A stretch of DNA of 64,000 bases from Selaginella moellendorffii (GCF_000143415.4 NW_003314329.1:869763-933762), one strand, 5' to 3'; positions 11,855 through 26,178 are shown, numbered from the stretch's first letter. The notes: a model not told the origin generated them from the letters alone. Numbers and translations are program-made.

Positions 11855-14361
11855 CTTCACAAAGGAGAATGATTAATCAAAAGTCGAAAAAGATAAATTA
11901 CTTAATGTAAGGAAAAAAACAAAATAATAAAGTTAAAATGCAATAGTCACTGCTTTGACTTTTAAGAGACAATGCCAATAAAACAAAAGAAATAAGTGCT
12001 AACAAACTTCAACCGCTAGCTTATAGCTGCTTTTGTTTGAAGCCTTTCCATTGCTTGTGGTCATATGTTTTAAAAACAGCAACTTTGCTCGTTCCTTTAT
12101 ATATACTGTGAGATGAGCAATGATGTACTTCACGCTTGCACCATCCACCAAGTGTAGTTGTAGTTATCTAGTGGATCTTGAGCCACAATGTCCAGTTTTT
12201 TGCAATCAACCCCCTGTTTCTTTGGAATTTTATACCTTTTTTTTATATATATGATTAAATATAGTTATGAAAGAAAACAAATTTAAAATAAAGTACCTTA
12301 AATAACCTTATGCCAGCTGCCCTAAGAAACCATTTGGTGGTCACTGCCATTCCTTCCTTTCATCCATTGGTTTGTGAATAAAAACAATAATAAGAAATAT
12401 TAGAGATGCATTATCAATGTTAAATTTAAAAGAAAGATGTTTTCATCACTTGGGATATAATAAATATTAGTTTATAAATAATTCTAATTCTTGTTTAGTA
12501 CTATTTATGAATCCAATTGATCAATAATTATAATTATTTATTAGATGAGAATAAACAATAGTATTTTAGGGTTTAAGTTTAAAATTATAAACAAATATTC
12601 AAGAAATTTTAAATATTTTATAGGTATATTCACTACCACTCTAGCAAGCCAAAAATGAAGTGTAATTAATATTTATTCATGTAGAGAGCTTGGACAATAA
12701 TGCACTTCCATGTGAGTTGTTCCAATGGTCAAAGATTAGACTCTAACAACACTATTGGATTAGAGACATTCCCTATGCACAACTCCATTTGAAAGAACTA
12801 GTGTTTTGCACTCTAGCTTGTGAATTGAGCAAAATGGCAATTTGATTGTGATGTAAAGTGAGTGTAGTGTATGTGGTTTTCACCCTTTATCCTATGGTGA
12901 TTTACTAGAGGCTAACCACAAAGTGAAACCTAAACCTTTCATATGCCACGTGTCATATGCTATATATCCAAGGATATTAAAGTGGAATCTGAATTTCAAG
13001 GCCTTGGGCCACTGAATGAAATAACAGAGCTAAACTCCTAAATAAGGAGCAAAGGAATGAAAGAACTAGAGCACATAGACTTCCAAGTGTACAGCTTAAG
13101 AAGTGAAGGGACAAGAGCACAAAACAACTTAGAATAGTTTTAGAGCATTCAACATCCCAATGCTATAACTAATATGTAAAATGGAACTAAACAGAGTTTA
13201 ACACTATTTTAGCACACTAGTGGCTTAATACAAGGATATAAATACTGTATACCAGTGGCTTAATATGAGGATATGAATACTCCATCAACTAGCATGGTGT
13301 GAAACTTGGGCTTAAACCCAAGCCACATATAAAACAAAAACAAGCACGCAAGCGAAAGCTATATTATACCTCATGTTGGTTGGCCATGCCTGATCTATTC
13401 ACTATCCCTCCTATACATTTGAAACCCCCTCCCCCCTGAGGAACACACATTTTGGGCTTTTACCCTTAGCCACCCTTAGTACTAAATTAATATTGTATTT
13501 ACAATTTATAGACATGTATATAATTTATAAAATTTCCTAAACACTTTCTAGTATATTCTTATTTATTTTACCATCTAATGGTTGATATGCAAAAAGATTA
13601 ATCTTGCTTTATAAATTATAAACATAAAATTCCTTAATATTCTAAATATTCATAGTGATAGTATATTCTAATTCCATACACTACAAAAATGGTTAAACAC
13701 TATTTAATTACTACAGCTACAATCTCATTTCTTTGTTTTTTCTGTCTATGTGCTAGTGTAGGTTAGAAAGTTGTTTGAGCTCAATTAGTATCTACTAGTA
13801 CCTAGCTCTATAGTCAGCTTGATCCAAAGATAAGAACTCTCAAGTTGGAAGAATTCTCAAGGCAGGCTTGAACTTCTTAGAGTTGGGTTTTACTCAAAGT
13901 CTAAATACTTGAAAGACAAGAAATGTAAACATCTTTTGAGATGTATTCTATGAGCTGATTTTTGCAAGCCTAAGGCACTTAAGCTTCAAGAGTCTAGCAA
14001 GCTAGCCTAGTATCATGGTGCTACAAAATCTCAGTTTCCTTTCAAAGTTCTATTTCACCCTAGAATTTTGTCTAGTTGGAGAGCTAGTTTATGGGATAAA
14101 TTTGAAACTTATTAAATATAGAATGGTGTTAAGCTGTGAATTTAGACATGGCACCAACACCATTATGTTCAAAATAATCTCTACATTCTATAAATATGCC
14201 AAATTAGCAAATTTAGGCACTTTCCATAAATAGTAATTAATACTGAATAGGACTAACACATAGGGTATGATAGTGAGGGTGCTTAGTAGACATGATAAAC
14301 TATCATTTAGCAATATTGAGGGATTAGTCTCAATAAGCGAAAGTTCTTATTAAACCACTAC

Positions 14362-17300
14362 TGTTAGGTGCCAACTTTGACTACGTGGTCAACTTCAGTC
14401 AAAGGGAGGCTCAAAGGTATATTAAGGCATGTTAGGGTAAGGGATTTAACCTAGGGCTCACAGTGGAGCGGTGGTGTAGTGGAGCTTTTGAGGTAGCTCA
14501 GGGGTGGTTGGGTGGTGAGGAACCTCAAGAGGTGGTATAGCATAGTCTAAGGTGACTAGATCTCCATCTTTTTGTGCCGGATCATAACATTGGTATCAAA
14601 GAAGTTGGTTGTGATGGCTGACCAAGTTGAACACTGGAATCCTAGTACTGACGATGGTGCCGACGAAGTTGTAGAGATTTGGACCATTCAAGATATGGTT
14701 CATGAGCTGTGAGCCCTTAATCGAAATCAGTAAGAGATGTAAGACGAGATGCATGGCATGATGGATACCATGCGTGGGCGTGTTGAGGCACTCGAAGTTG
14801 GATGGGGTAGTGCTCCAAGTAAGCCTTTTTTGGTAGATCGACTCAAGATTCCAACTTTTTCTGGTGATGGTGGTATGGACAAGTGTCTCACTTGGTTAGC
14901 CAATGTGAAGAAGTTCTTGGTTGCTAAAGGAACTCCAAATGTAGAGGCTTTAGTGGCTATTCTGATAGTTTTGCATGATATGGGTCTTCGATAGTGGAAT
15001 TGGCTTGAGGAGTCTCGTGTTGCGGATAAGAAACCACTAATGTCTACCATGGATGAGTTTGAGGCTGCTTTCCGTTTACGTTTGCCCCTCATTACGACAT
15101 AGAGAATGCTTGTACAGAACTTCAACATTTCCAACAAGGAAAAATGACGCTCGGGGACTATATTGAGAAGCTTACTCGCTTGATTAGTCGTGTTCCAACA
15201 AAGGATCTAGATCAAAACAAGTACGACTTCATTGATGGCCTACATAGTGAGAGCATGTGGCAACACTTGCGTATATCGGGGCCCGGACATATCGGGTGCC
15301 CGACATCATTCTCAACCTACAAAGAGTTTGGAAGAGCTCTTTGATGCAGCTCGTCGACTTGACAATGACAAGCACAAGTCTTGCAAGCATTTGTGGAGTC
15401 TTTCTGTCAAGAATCGTCGTGATGATCGCCATGGACACAAGGATGGGAACAAGCATCACAAGTTGAAGTCGGTGGTGACTACTTCAAATGCAAAGGGGTC
15501 CAAGAAGCAAAATTTCTTTGTGAAAAATTATAAACAGGGTTGTCATCATTGCGGTGAACTTAGACACTACAAGATTGATTATCCGTAGTTGAAGAATAGT
15601 AGCAGGACAAGAAGTATAGCCAATCTTCTTCTCACGGTAAGTCAGATACTAAAAAGTTGCAAACTTTGCAGCGTGAGGATGAGGAGAACGACCATTCCGG
15701 TTAGAGGAAGAGACTTTCGATCGTTGCTCGTCAGCTCAACTGTGTGTGGAACAAGATGGAGCTTGAGGATACGCATGAATCAACTTTAATGCTGGAGGGC
15801 ATGTTCCGTAGCGATCTAGTGCGGATTTTACTGGATAGTGGGAGCGATGACAACTTTGTTTCAGCAAAGTTTGTTGCGGAGCATGGCTTGGTCACACGCA
15901 GAGTTCTTCCATACACAGTGGAAGGTGTAGCTACCTTTGCCCAGCATTTTAATGCTTGTGTCAAGGGGCTGGAAGTGCTGGTTGGCAAAACCACACTTGT
16001 GGAAACTTTTTATCTCGCGGATATCCATCGTGTGGATTTCATTCTTGGGATGCCATGGTTGGTGAAGGTGGATCCAGAGATAAAGTGGAGTATTAAGTGT
16101 ATCTCGCTAGAGTATGGTGGCGTTAAAGATGTGTGGTTTGGTGAGGGCGTTCAACCACTAGTTGTTATGCTCTCTACTACATCTTTGAAGTGGGCTTGTT
16201 GTAATGGAAAAGCACTTTTGAGTTACTTACTATTTGTTTGTGACTTGGGGGACCAAGGCACATGTGGGGGAGAAGCAGTAGTACAAGATGTACTTGATGA
16301 GTTTTCTGATGTTTTTCCATTTGAACTTCCTCATGGGTTGCCTCCGTTACGAGGTGTGGAGCATGGGATTACATTGGAGCCGGGGACGCGGCCAATTTAC
16401 CGGCATCCATTTCGGTTAAGTTATGTGGAGGAGCAAGAAGTTCAATGACAAGTCAAGGAGTTATTTGAGTTTGGATTTATTCAGCCAAGTAAGTTTCTGT
16501 TTGGTGCTCTAGTCTTGCTTGTGAAGAAGAAGGATGGTTCAATGCGAATGTGTATTGACTCCTGCACTTTGAACAAGAAGACAATGAAGGATAAGATGCC
16601 GATGCCACGTGTGGATGATATCTTAGACAAGCTTGGTGAAGCACGAGTGTTTACCAAGATTGGTCTGAGGAGTTGGATATCATCAGATTGCAATGGATGA
16701 TGCATTTATCTCCAAGACGGCATTCAACACAAGGCTTCGGACATTTTGAGTTTACANNNNNNNNNNNNNNNNNNNNNNNNNNNNNNNNNNNNNNNNNNNN
16801 NNNNNNNNNNNNNNNNNNNNNNNNNNNNNNNNNNNNNNNNNNNNNNNNNNNNNNNNGGTGGCAAATGCTTTATCTCGTGTTCGTTATGTGGCGACGTTAC
16901 AAACACAATTTGGTCATTATTTGAGTAAGGTGGTTAGCGAGTTTGGGCAATTGGTTGAGCATGCTGAGGCTTAAGATGCTGAGGTGGCCTCTTTGCGAGA
17001 CCAGATGGAAGCCCCTTTCTCATTAGTGGATGGGATTCTCTACTACAATAGTCGTGTATATTTGCCACGGGTGGATGCATTAATTATTCAAGTTTTATTC
17101 CACTATCATGATCGTCCAAAGGCCGGTCATTTTGGGGGGAAGAAGACATACGAGTTGATTAAGCGCAACTTTTATTGGAGGAATATGAAGGCTAATATCC
17201 TCAAGTATTGTAAATCATGCGAGCTTTGTCAGCGGGTTAAGGTACCACGGGAGAAGCCGGGGGGATTTTTGCAACCTTTACCTATTCCTCAGAGTCGGTG

Positions 17301-18548
17301 TAATATCTCTATGGATGTCATCACTTGTTTGCCACGAACACAAAGGCAAAAGGAGCAAGTATAGGTCATTGTGGATCAGTTGATGAAGTATGTGTAGTTG
17401 TTGGCTCTTTGGAAGATTGTCATTGCTTTAGATTTGGTTGTGGTTTACTTGGAGAAGGTTTTTCTTGATTTTGGTTTGTTAGGGGACATTATTAGTGATC
17501 AAGATTCAAAGTTCACCAATGGATTTTAGAAAAGCTTTGCAAAGGCTATACAAGTGATTTTGAAACTCTCAAGTGGAGATCATCCTTAGACGGATGGGCA
17601 AACTAAGCGTGTGAATCAGGTGGTGGAGGATACGCTACGTTGTAGCATTGGTCAAAGGCAAGGAAAGTGGGATTTATATCTTCCGTTGATGCAATTTGCT
17701 TATAACAATAGCCAACACAGTGGAACCAAGCTAAATTCTTACTTTGCCATGTTTGGAAGGCATCCTTGAACAACAGTGGAGTTGGGATTGCATTTGAGTA
17801 AGGACGTTCAAGATAAGATTGATTCCGAGGCAACTGATCTGGCCACAGAACTTGATGAGATTCTAGTGGTGTGCAAACGGAATTTGCAAACAGCTCAGGA
17901 TAGAGCGGAGAAGTTTGCCAATGAGCATCACCAATTCTGAGAATATAAGGTAGGTGATCTCGTCTTTGTGTGAGTGATCTTTCCGTCAAGTGAGCGGCAG
18001 AACACCTTGGTGCCTTTACGGATAAGGAAGAGTGATAAACTTTCTTATCGATATGCTGGTCCATATGAAGTGCTAAAGTGCATTGGTAAAGCGGCTTATC
18101 GGGTGCGACTGCTAGCTAGGGTGAAAATTCATTTGATATTTTATGTCAGCCAATTGAAAGGTGTACTATCTTGGAGTGATCCCAATGCCTCCTTGATGTA
18201 TACGACTACGGAAGATGGACTAAGAGCTTGAGCAGGGTTCCCTAGAAGGGTGATCACCGGTACAACTTGTCCTTGGGACAAGGACTTTGTTGAGGGGGAA
18301 GAATTGTTAGGTGCCAGTTTTGACTTGTTGGTGACTACATGGTCAACATTAGTCAAAAGGATGCTCAAGGGTATATTAAGGCATGTTAGGGTAAGGGACT
18401 TAATCTACCCTAGGGCTCATAGTGGAATGGCGGTGCAGTGGAGCTTTTGAGGTAGTTTGGGGGTGGTTGGGTGGTGAGAAACCTCAAGAGGTGGCATAGC
18501 ATAGTCTAGGGCAACTAGATCTCCATTTTTTTGCACCTGATCATAACA
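14362..18548 (+). mobile_element. Ty3/gypsy LTR retrotransposon with short LTRs (14362-14589, 18305-18548), degenerate, spans an assembly gap
   Basis: TG...CA LTRs, TSD actac/attac, Met PBS tggtatcaaag at 14591, PPT tgagggggaagaa before 18305. Gag zinc knuckle, protease [21 protein letters not shown], integrase HHCC and GPY motifs. Confidence 0.9.
16757..16856. other. Assembly gap (100 N)
   Basis: Run of N. The RT C-terminus and RNase H are missing across it. Confidence 0.99.
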
Positions 18549-21500
18549 ATTACAATATAAAGCAAAAGAGAACTAAAGCTAGGCCGAGTATGCTCAATAA
18601 GAAATGCATAAAAATTCCTACCTTATATTCATCTGGCTAAGTATAGATGCTAAGCCCAGATTACTAACACTTGAATAAGAGGGGCTGAAAAGGGAATTAA
18701 CAATACCAACCTCTTTCTGTTGTGGCAGTAAGGAAAGAATATCCAAAAGAACTAGTCAACAAGTAACTTTTAAACTTATAGTCATATTTGTGACATTCCC
18801 CCCCCCCCCCCCCCCCCTTAAGGAAAATTAACATTTTCATTGATGCACACTCTAGTCTAGACCACTGCCAAGAAAACAATTTTAGAAAACTGTCACAGTG
18901 ATCACACTATATAAAAAATGCACCAACTTAAATGATTTAGGGTACCTTTGCTATTTAACCCAAATGCGCTACAAAGTTAAACACCTTTTGGTCATCACCA
19001 ATAAAGAAATGACTAATAGAGTTAGTCACCCTTGCTACTCTGGTGTGACCTAGCTTATAAAAGAGTGATATGACCCTACCCACAGATGATATAAAGAGAG
19101 AAGTTAGAAGCCCTATCTCTCATGAGCAAAGACACCAAACCTGTCAATAAAGTTTAAATAGACTACTATAAATAGGCAATTACAATTGTTTATATGGTCA
19201 CGCCCTTTTAATGAAATAAAGAACATAGACAGAGAGGCAGATGATATGACCAATCAACAATAGCTACCCCATGACTAGAGATTTCATAATACATATAAAG
19301 TGCTAAAGCCAGTCTACCTTCAAACAGAAAGATCAAGAGATGGATAATATCAAAGTTATAGATAATGATATCTTAAAGATTTAAGTATCAATGAATAAAT
19401 CTTATATTAGAACACAAAAGTTTTTCAAGTAAGTTATCATCTGATAAACCAGTATTAGAGTACAAGAACCACTAAGATCATCATCACTATCAAACAAAAT
19501 TCAATACCTAATATATTATTAGGAAAACTCAATAATAAGGCAAGACTAACAAACTCTCATTCATACTAATTATCACACTAGCCAACCTAAATAAATCCTT
19601 ATCAACAAAAGGAAAGAACTCAAGTTGCTTAATTAACTGTTAGCAACATCCTACCAATATCTCAAAACCAAAAGACCACACTAGACTAAACCACAAAGAA
19701 TATGTGGTCATGTGAAAAGCCAAAAACTATAAAAAAGAATAACTAACTATTATGAAAGATCATCAATTATCCTATCAATGAAGAAATACATAATTATCGT
19801 CAAAGAAAGAATCCACCATCCCAAAGAATGATGAATTATTCTAGATCAATAATAATCAAGCAAAACCTTTGACAAGGATAACCAATTACCTTAAATGATA
19901 GTTAATCATCATCAATGATTATCAAATGTAAATACTAATTTCAATATCAAAGTTAATGAGCCAAAAATGCCTTCCTTAACAACTTCTAATAAATGGAACA
20001 GTGAGTATAAAACTCAAAAAACCAAAAGGTTGAAGAAGCTTATAGCCAAATCTTGCCTAACAATGATTATAACTCTTATATGAATTAATTTCAATGCTAA
20101 ATAAGTAACATATAATATCCTCCTTAACACATATATAAGCTAAATTTCATAATGTAAAGCTAATAAAGAACATTTTTGCATCAATCCAAAAGCTAAGTAC
20201 AACAAAGCTATGCTCAATAAGTGACCACCAAATTAATCCTCTATAAATCCATCTATGCATAATAAAATGTAACTCACTTTATAACATGTGCAAAAAGAAT
20301 TATCAATGATCGATATATCCTAACACAAATTCAATAAGGAACTAAGATCTTTAATGTCGATCACTAACTCTTCCTTTTGTAAAGTTAGCATAGTTCATAA
20401 CTGAATTACTTTTAAAAGAAAAGCTCAAAACTCAACTCCTACTAAACAATCTCATCTAGAATACAACTAACTTAATTTGCTACTAAGCTCATTTGAACAC
20501 AAATATAGTTGTTAACTAGTAAATGCATGAATGCTAGTAACACAAAACTACAGCTAAATCATTAACACTATCTATATTAAGACTAATGGAACTTAATATT
20601 AATTCTATGGAGAGATATCTCATTTCACTCGAATTTGAACATTAACAATGTCAATGACAAGGCATCACTTCAATGCCATTAACACCAAAATAAAGTTAGA
20701 AGAAAGCAAAAGTGAATCACCATTCAAAGCTCTTTAGCACTAGAGCTAACCAAAGTCGAGGTTACCTTAGTTAGTATTGGAAACTAATCTTTTAATAATA
20801 CTTATTTACAAATAATATATCATTAAGGAGTGATTCACCATGTCCAAGGCTTAATGTAACCTAACACTACGGATTAAACACAACTAAAATGATGTTGACA
20901 AAGGTAAAGTCAATATGTTAACATGGAAAAACCATGTAAGTCTAACGACATGATCCTTTACAACACCATCTAGTAAAGTAAATATATCATTACTAAATCA
21001 TTATCGAGTGAAACAAGTGTTAATAGTCCTTGGTGAAATCTACAAGTATTCACTAGTCACAAAGCAACCAACAATCACTTTTTAATTTACCTTTCACAAG
21101 ATCTAAACACTAAACTTAAATCATTGAGTCCAACAATAAGGTAACACCCCAGCTACAAGATATAGGAATATGGACAAGCATAAACTAAATAACTATTCAA
21201 ATCTAATCATACAACAATAAGTTCATCAATACATTTAGTCAATATTTCTGAGCATGCCTTGAAAAAACTAGCTATGTATGATTAACTATATGATACACAA
21301 CCTCCTTATAGATAAAATTATAATACAGGTACTAACATGTCAATCTTAAACAATTAAGTTAAATATCACCATCTTCAGCTAAGGCGTAAAGCTACCAAGA
21401 CCAAGTCAAGATCAATGAGAACTCACTACTTTCACAAAGTCTAATAAAATGCAAAGTGCACCTACCACCAAGCATAATGTTATAGAAGAAAGACATAAGG

Positions 21501-23191
21501 GTCACCTTCCTAAAAAAGTGTAATAGTCACTTTTTTATACACTCTATCCAATTTAATTGCTTTAACCCTAAAAATCAGTATCCCTTTCGAACTGCATCAT
21601 ACAAACTACCTACTAAAGTTTAATCCTACCAAAATAAACTTTATTTCTTTCATTAGTTTATACTGACTTATGAAAATAGAATGGTTTTTGAGTAAAATGA
21701 TTAATAGATCAACAGATCAACTATTGAAAAAGTCTAAGAAATTTTATGGAAAATTTTCTATCCTAGAGAAAGAATGACTCTCGATTCAGAAATACAAAAT
21801 TTCAAGACTCAACCAACTTTTTCCTACAAACAACTTCACACAACTTTACATAACTTCACCTCAATATAAATTCTTATGACCCAACAGTATACTTAAGTAT
21901 TGAACATCATGCCCATATTTCCAAATTTAACACCATCCACAAAATGCAAAATGAACATCCAAGACTCTATCGTAAATACTATATTTTTGGATATTTATAT
22001 TGCACTAACACTCTTCTCAAATTATCTTTAAGATCCAATAAAACCAAAATACTAACAAGAAAAATGACATAAAAAATTAAAGTCTAAAGAAAATTCCTTA
22101 TTAGTCAAAATAACAATGCCACTTCCATTAACACAAATGCTAGCAATGTCAATGTCTTAACTTTACACCTTCTCTATCCAACAATCTATTCCAAGTGTTA
22201 ACGAATAAACTAACAAGCCATAACAAATGAATATTACAACTTTTTCCATCACATTATGGGCAAACCCTCAAAGAAACAAGATATCAACTTAAGCTTAGCA
22301 TAATGGACCACCATTAAGAACCAAGTTAGAGCTACTTCAATGTTACTACTTACAAGTAAAATAACTTCTCCATTAATCACTTTAGGGTTGATTATAGTCT
22401 AACCAAGTAACTTCGTAAGCACATTATTTACTATCACATAGATATGATATAAAAATCACAATGACTTGATCATTAATTAAGCAATACCATAAGCAAGCCC
22501 ACATTATTACTTTAAAAGTTTACATAAGTATCAAATGCCAACTCTATTCAATAAAATGCAATAGAAATGTCATATCCCACTGATAAAGATTTACAACACC
22601 AAATGCCATCAATTTTGTTCACAACATATACAAGCTCATACCACTCTCTTTCTGACAAAACTCAAAACTGATCCAACACCAAGTTATTCAAAGAATAATA
22701 GTAAGGTTCCCCAAAAAAAATTGAGTATTATAACTCAAGTTTTCAATAGCAAGCTTAGACAAAATGGTTTAGCGTTTCACTATTATCTATCCCATAACTC
22801 ACCACTTGTAAGACCACTATAACCAACATGCATCAAGATAAAGACTCTCAGTTGCATAATGTGAATATGAGCAAAGAGTTAACACCTTGTTGTAAATCAT
22901 CTTTTCAAGAAGAGAAAATTATTTACATATTTGATCTTTCATCCGTAATGCCTCTCCTTTTAGTCTTATCTTGACTAAACCTTAAATTTGCATTTGCATT
23001 ACCTTTAGTCTAATTTAAGAAAAGTTTACGACAATGACTACTTGAACCAATAGACTAATGTCTATAGTCTTGATTGATCCACTTTTAATCGTGCTTAAGA
23101 AGGTTTCACTAGTGCTATATTAAACAGCTACAGACCAACTTATTTGCCACTTATAGTAAACTCAGAGGAGGTTTACTTTTACTCATGGTAC

Positions 23192-23785
23192 TGTAAAACA
23201 CAAATCCTTAAGCCCCAAAATGGAGCTGAAAGGGTACCACATGGTAGTGGTTGAAGTGGAAGCAACAAGTGTAATATGTTTGGATCAAAAGCTCTGACTT
23301 GGAAAGTCGAGAGCAGGAGTGAAGTTCCAAACAAAGTTCTCAAAGAATGAGCACAAAACAATTGATGAATGAGTCTCTAAACACTGACACAAGTGGATTG
23401 ACACATGGTAAGTGTTGTGACATATGAAAATTTTATGAATAAATCCGAGAAGGAATCCGAAAAAGAGTTTGAGATAGAGTTCAAAAAAGAGTCCGAGATA
23501 GAGTCTGAGAAGAAGTCTGATATGGATTTGAGATAAAGTCTGTTATAAACCCGAGATGGAGTCCAAGATGGAGTTCAATATAGACCCGAGATGGATCCGA
23601 GATGGACCCGAGATAGAGTCCAAAATGGAGTCCGAGATGGAGTCCAAGATGGAGTTCGAAATGAAATCTGAGATGGAGTCCGAGGTCAAGTCCAAGATGG
23701 ACCTAAGTTGGAGTCCAAGATAGTGGCTGAGAAAAAGACTAAGACTAAGATTGAGACTAAGATCGAGACCAAGACTAAGACCGAA
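23192..23785 (+). mobile_element. Truncated LTR homologous to 2461-3100
   Basis: tgtaaaacacaaatcc... matches 2461 onward and includes a decayed 12-mer array. Inserted in the family A internal region. Confidence 0.65.
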
Positions 23786-24275
23786 ACTTAATAAATATGG
23801 AATGGTGCTAAATTGCAAATTTGGACACAGGGACAATCTTTATATTCTGTAAATATGTAAAATTAACAAATCTAGACACTTTCCATAAATAGTAATTACG
23901 ACCAAATAGGACCAACACATAGGGTATGATAGCAAGGGTGCTAAATAAATACAATAATTTATCATTTAGAGATATTGAAGGATTACTTTCAATATACAAG
24001 GGTTTTTGTTAAGTTAATGCAAAACAGAGCAAAAGAGAATTAAAAACCAGGCCAAGTATGCTTAACAATAAACATATATATTCATCTGCCTAAGTACAAA
24101 TGCTAAATCAGTTTACTAACACTTGAACAAAAAAGGAAATCAACAATACTAATCTTCTACCATCATGGTAGTAAGGAAAGAATATTTGAAAAGAGTAGCC
24201 GACAAATAACATTAGATACCCACAATCACATTCACAACAACAAGTAAGCATAGCAAAGGATTGCAATTTGGTCAC

Positions 24276-24830
24276 CTAGAGCTGATCTCCTAGTAGAAGG
24301 ATACCATATTTGCAAGGGTTTTGGCAATTTCCATACCTATAGAATTCACTTGGCACATCTAAGTTGACATGCATTTGAGTTGTGTCTGAAGTCGGCAATA
24401 GATCATCATCAGCATATAGTAGTACATAGAGAAAAATGCTTTCTTTGCAGCATAGTTCCATATAGATCTCAAACAACATCAGCCAGAGGGGCCTAGAGCA
24501 CCCTTATAGAACCCCTGAACAAGACACAATTGGCTGGCTATCTACTATTTTCAAACTCAAAGTCTTGTATAATTCAATGATTGCAGCTACTAAGGGGGTA
24601 GATGGGGATTTGGAGTTCCAGCAGACACCAAATCAAAAGATGCCATAGGACACAATTGAAAGCTTTGGTTAAATCAACAAAACACAGGAGAAGCACTTGG
24701 TTCCCGACATGGAGGGTTAGCAGTTGGTTGATGCAGGAGTAATGCTTGTGAAGGTCTGCTTGACCTTCTCATGCTGCCAAGTTGTTTCTCTATAAGGTGG
24801 GCAAACACCTTCACAAAAGCTACCAACATT
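24276..24830 (-). mobile_element. LINE reverse transcriptase relic
   Basis: Minus-strand QG-CSRPLWLMLFEIYM and VLLYADD motifs typical of non-LTR RT. Confidence 0.6.
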
Positions 24831-24957
24831 GCTAACTCACTTGTGAAGATTCTATTATAAGTAAAATTTCCTTCATTGAAGTTGGATCATTCTTTTATAC
24901 TAGTACTTTTCTTTTGGACAATGACATCTTTTTCTTAAAAACACTTTGTATTTTATT

Positions 24958-25851
24958 TTAAAAGTTTTTTACTGTACTTGTGGCCCAAGCAGCATACAGT
25001 TTACCTGGGCTGGACTTAAAAACATGATACAGCACCACATTTCTATCTCTTTGTATAGTCACAAATGCATAGCATGGCTCATCACAAGACTTATCTAGCG
25101 ACCATATAACAACCTGGCTTAAGGTTTCTTTGATAACCATGTTCCCATTAAGTTGGACTGTGAGATAGCAATCTACTCCTCCTCTCCCACACACTCCATT
25201 TGTCCAAACTTGCCCTCGGCTGGCTTCATTCAAAGACAAGCTACAATCATCCTGGAGCTTGAATGTGTAGATCAAATTCGGGGACTGGAGCTCAAAGTTT
25301 CGACGAAGACCATTGTAGAAGAAGTTGTCCAGCGTTGTCAATTTCGCTTGGCAATCACCTCGGTCGCTGCCAAGTAAAATCTTAGTATGGTTGTGAAGGG
25401 TTTCCATCTGTTGATCTGCTGGTGCTATGCGATACTGGACTCCAAACATCTCGGAGACTGCAAGCATGCTGCTGGCTAGAAAAACTTGCATTTGACCTCT
25501 TGTATACATTACTAAGGTTCGGATGATCGCTTTGATAACAAGGCCTCTCACGCTGATGGTGTTACCTGGATTGACATGGCAGAAATCCAGATTGGGGCCT
25601 GTATGAAAAGCTACGATGGCAATGTCGATCACTACGTTGTTTGTCACAGTGACTTGATTGATATAAACTGCGCCACTCTCATAGTAAGTATTGTCATCGA
25701 AAATGTCCGCAAGTGCAATAACCGTATCTAGAATAATATTGGCATCGGCTGTTGTTATAGCATTGCGCTCGTCAGAGAATTCCCAATGCATGGCTTGAAC
25801 AACACTAATATAAAAAAGGAGTGCTGAAAAACATTCAATGAGAAGATACAT
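24958..25851 (-). CDS. Secreted protein: signal peptide, unrecognised N-terminal domain, bulb-type (GNA) lectin domain (paralog of 10979-11854)
   Basis: Intact intronless 297-aa ORF. Signal peptide ending SVVQA. QRDRNVVLY mannose-site consensus. Confidence 0.8.
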   Translation of the reverse strand: MYLLIECFSALLFYISVVQAMHWEFSDERNAITTADANIILDTVIALADIFDDNTYYESGAVYINQVTVTNNVVIDIAIVAFHTGPNLDFCHVNPGNTISVRGLVIKAIIRTLVMYTRGQMQVFLASSMLAVSEMFGVQYRIAPADQQMETLHNHTKILLGSDRGDCQAKLTTLDNFFYNGLRRNFELQSPNLIYTFKLQDDCSLSLNEASRGQVWTNGVCGRGGVDCYLTVQLNGNMVIKETLSQVVIWSLDKSCDEPCYAFVTIQRDRNVVLYHVFKSSPGKLYAAWATSTVKNF

Positions 25852-26178
25852 TTAGAATGATTTTTTGCTAGAAACAATCAAAAAGAAAAACTATTTCTTG
25901 TTATAATGATAAATTACTAATTTATATTGCAATCGTCAACCAATTATTGATCAGTAGAAAAACAAAACGTTAATAGTACAAAAATAGCAAATTTAAAAAA
26001 GAAACTTCAGAATCATCAAGGGATTGCTTTGAATCTTATAAGAGATGCTAGAATATACCACAAAACATGCGGGTCGTACAAAAGAATAAAAGTGATTCTA
26101 GAATATACTATCAAATGACCGTACAAGAAGCATATTCGCAAGAGCAGGGTTTAGAGGAGAGCTAATGGAAGAAGAGCA

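Larger units (their letters stand above)
12863..24239 (-). mobile_element. Family A LTR element (3' LTR 12863-18795 interrupted, internal region 18796-23191, 5' LTR remnant about 23785-24239)
   Basis: LTR homology to 39465-40554. Poly-C at 18796-18817 is the minus-strand PPT next to the LTR. The internal region is AT-rich and ORF-less and aligns with 839-2030. TSD not clearly identifiable. Confidence 0.65.

Noticed and set aside
16673-16928. ORFs containing X runs
   Set aside because: Artefacts of the 100-N assembly gap.
18796-18817. Long poly-C run as a special G-quadruplex element
   Set aside because: Explained as the minus-strand polypurine tract next to the family A LTR.
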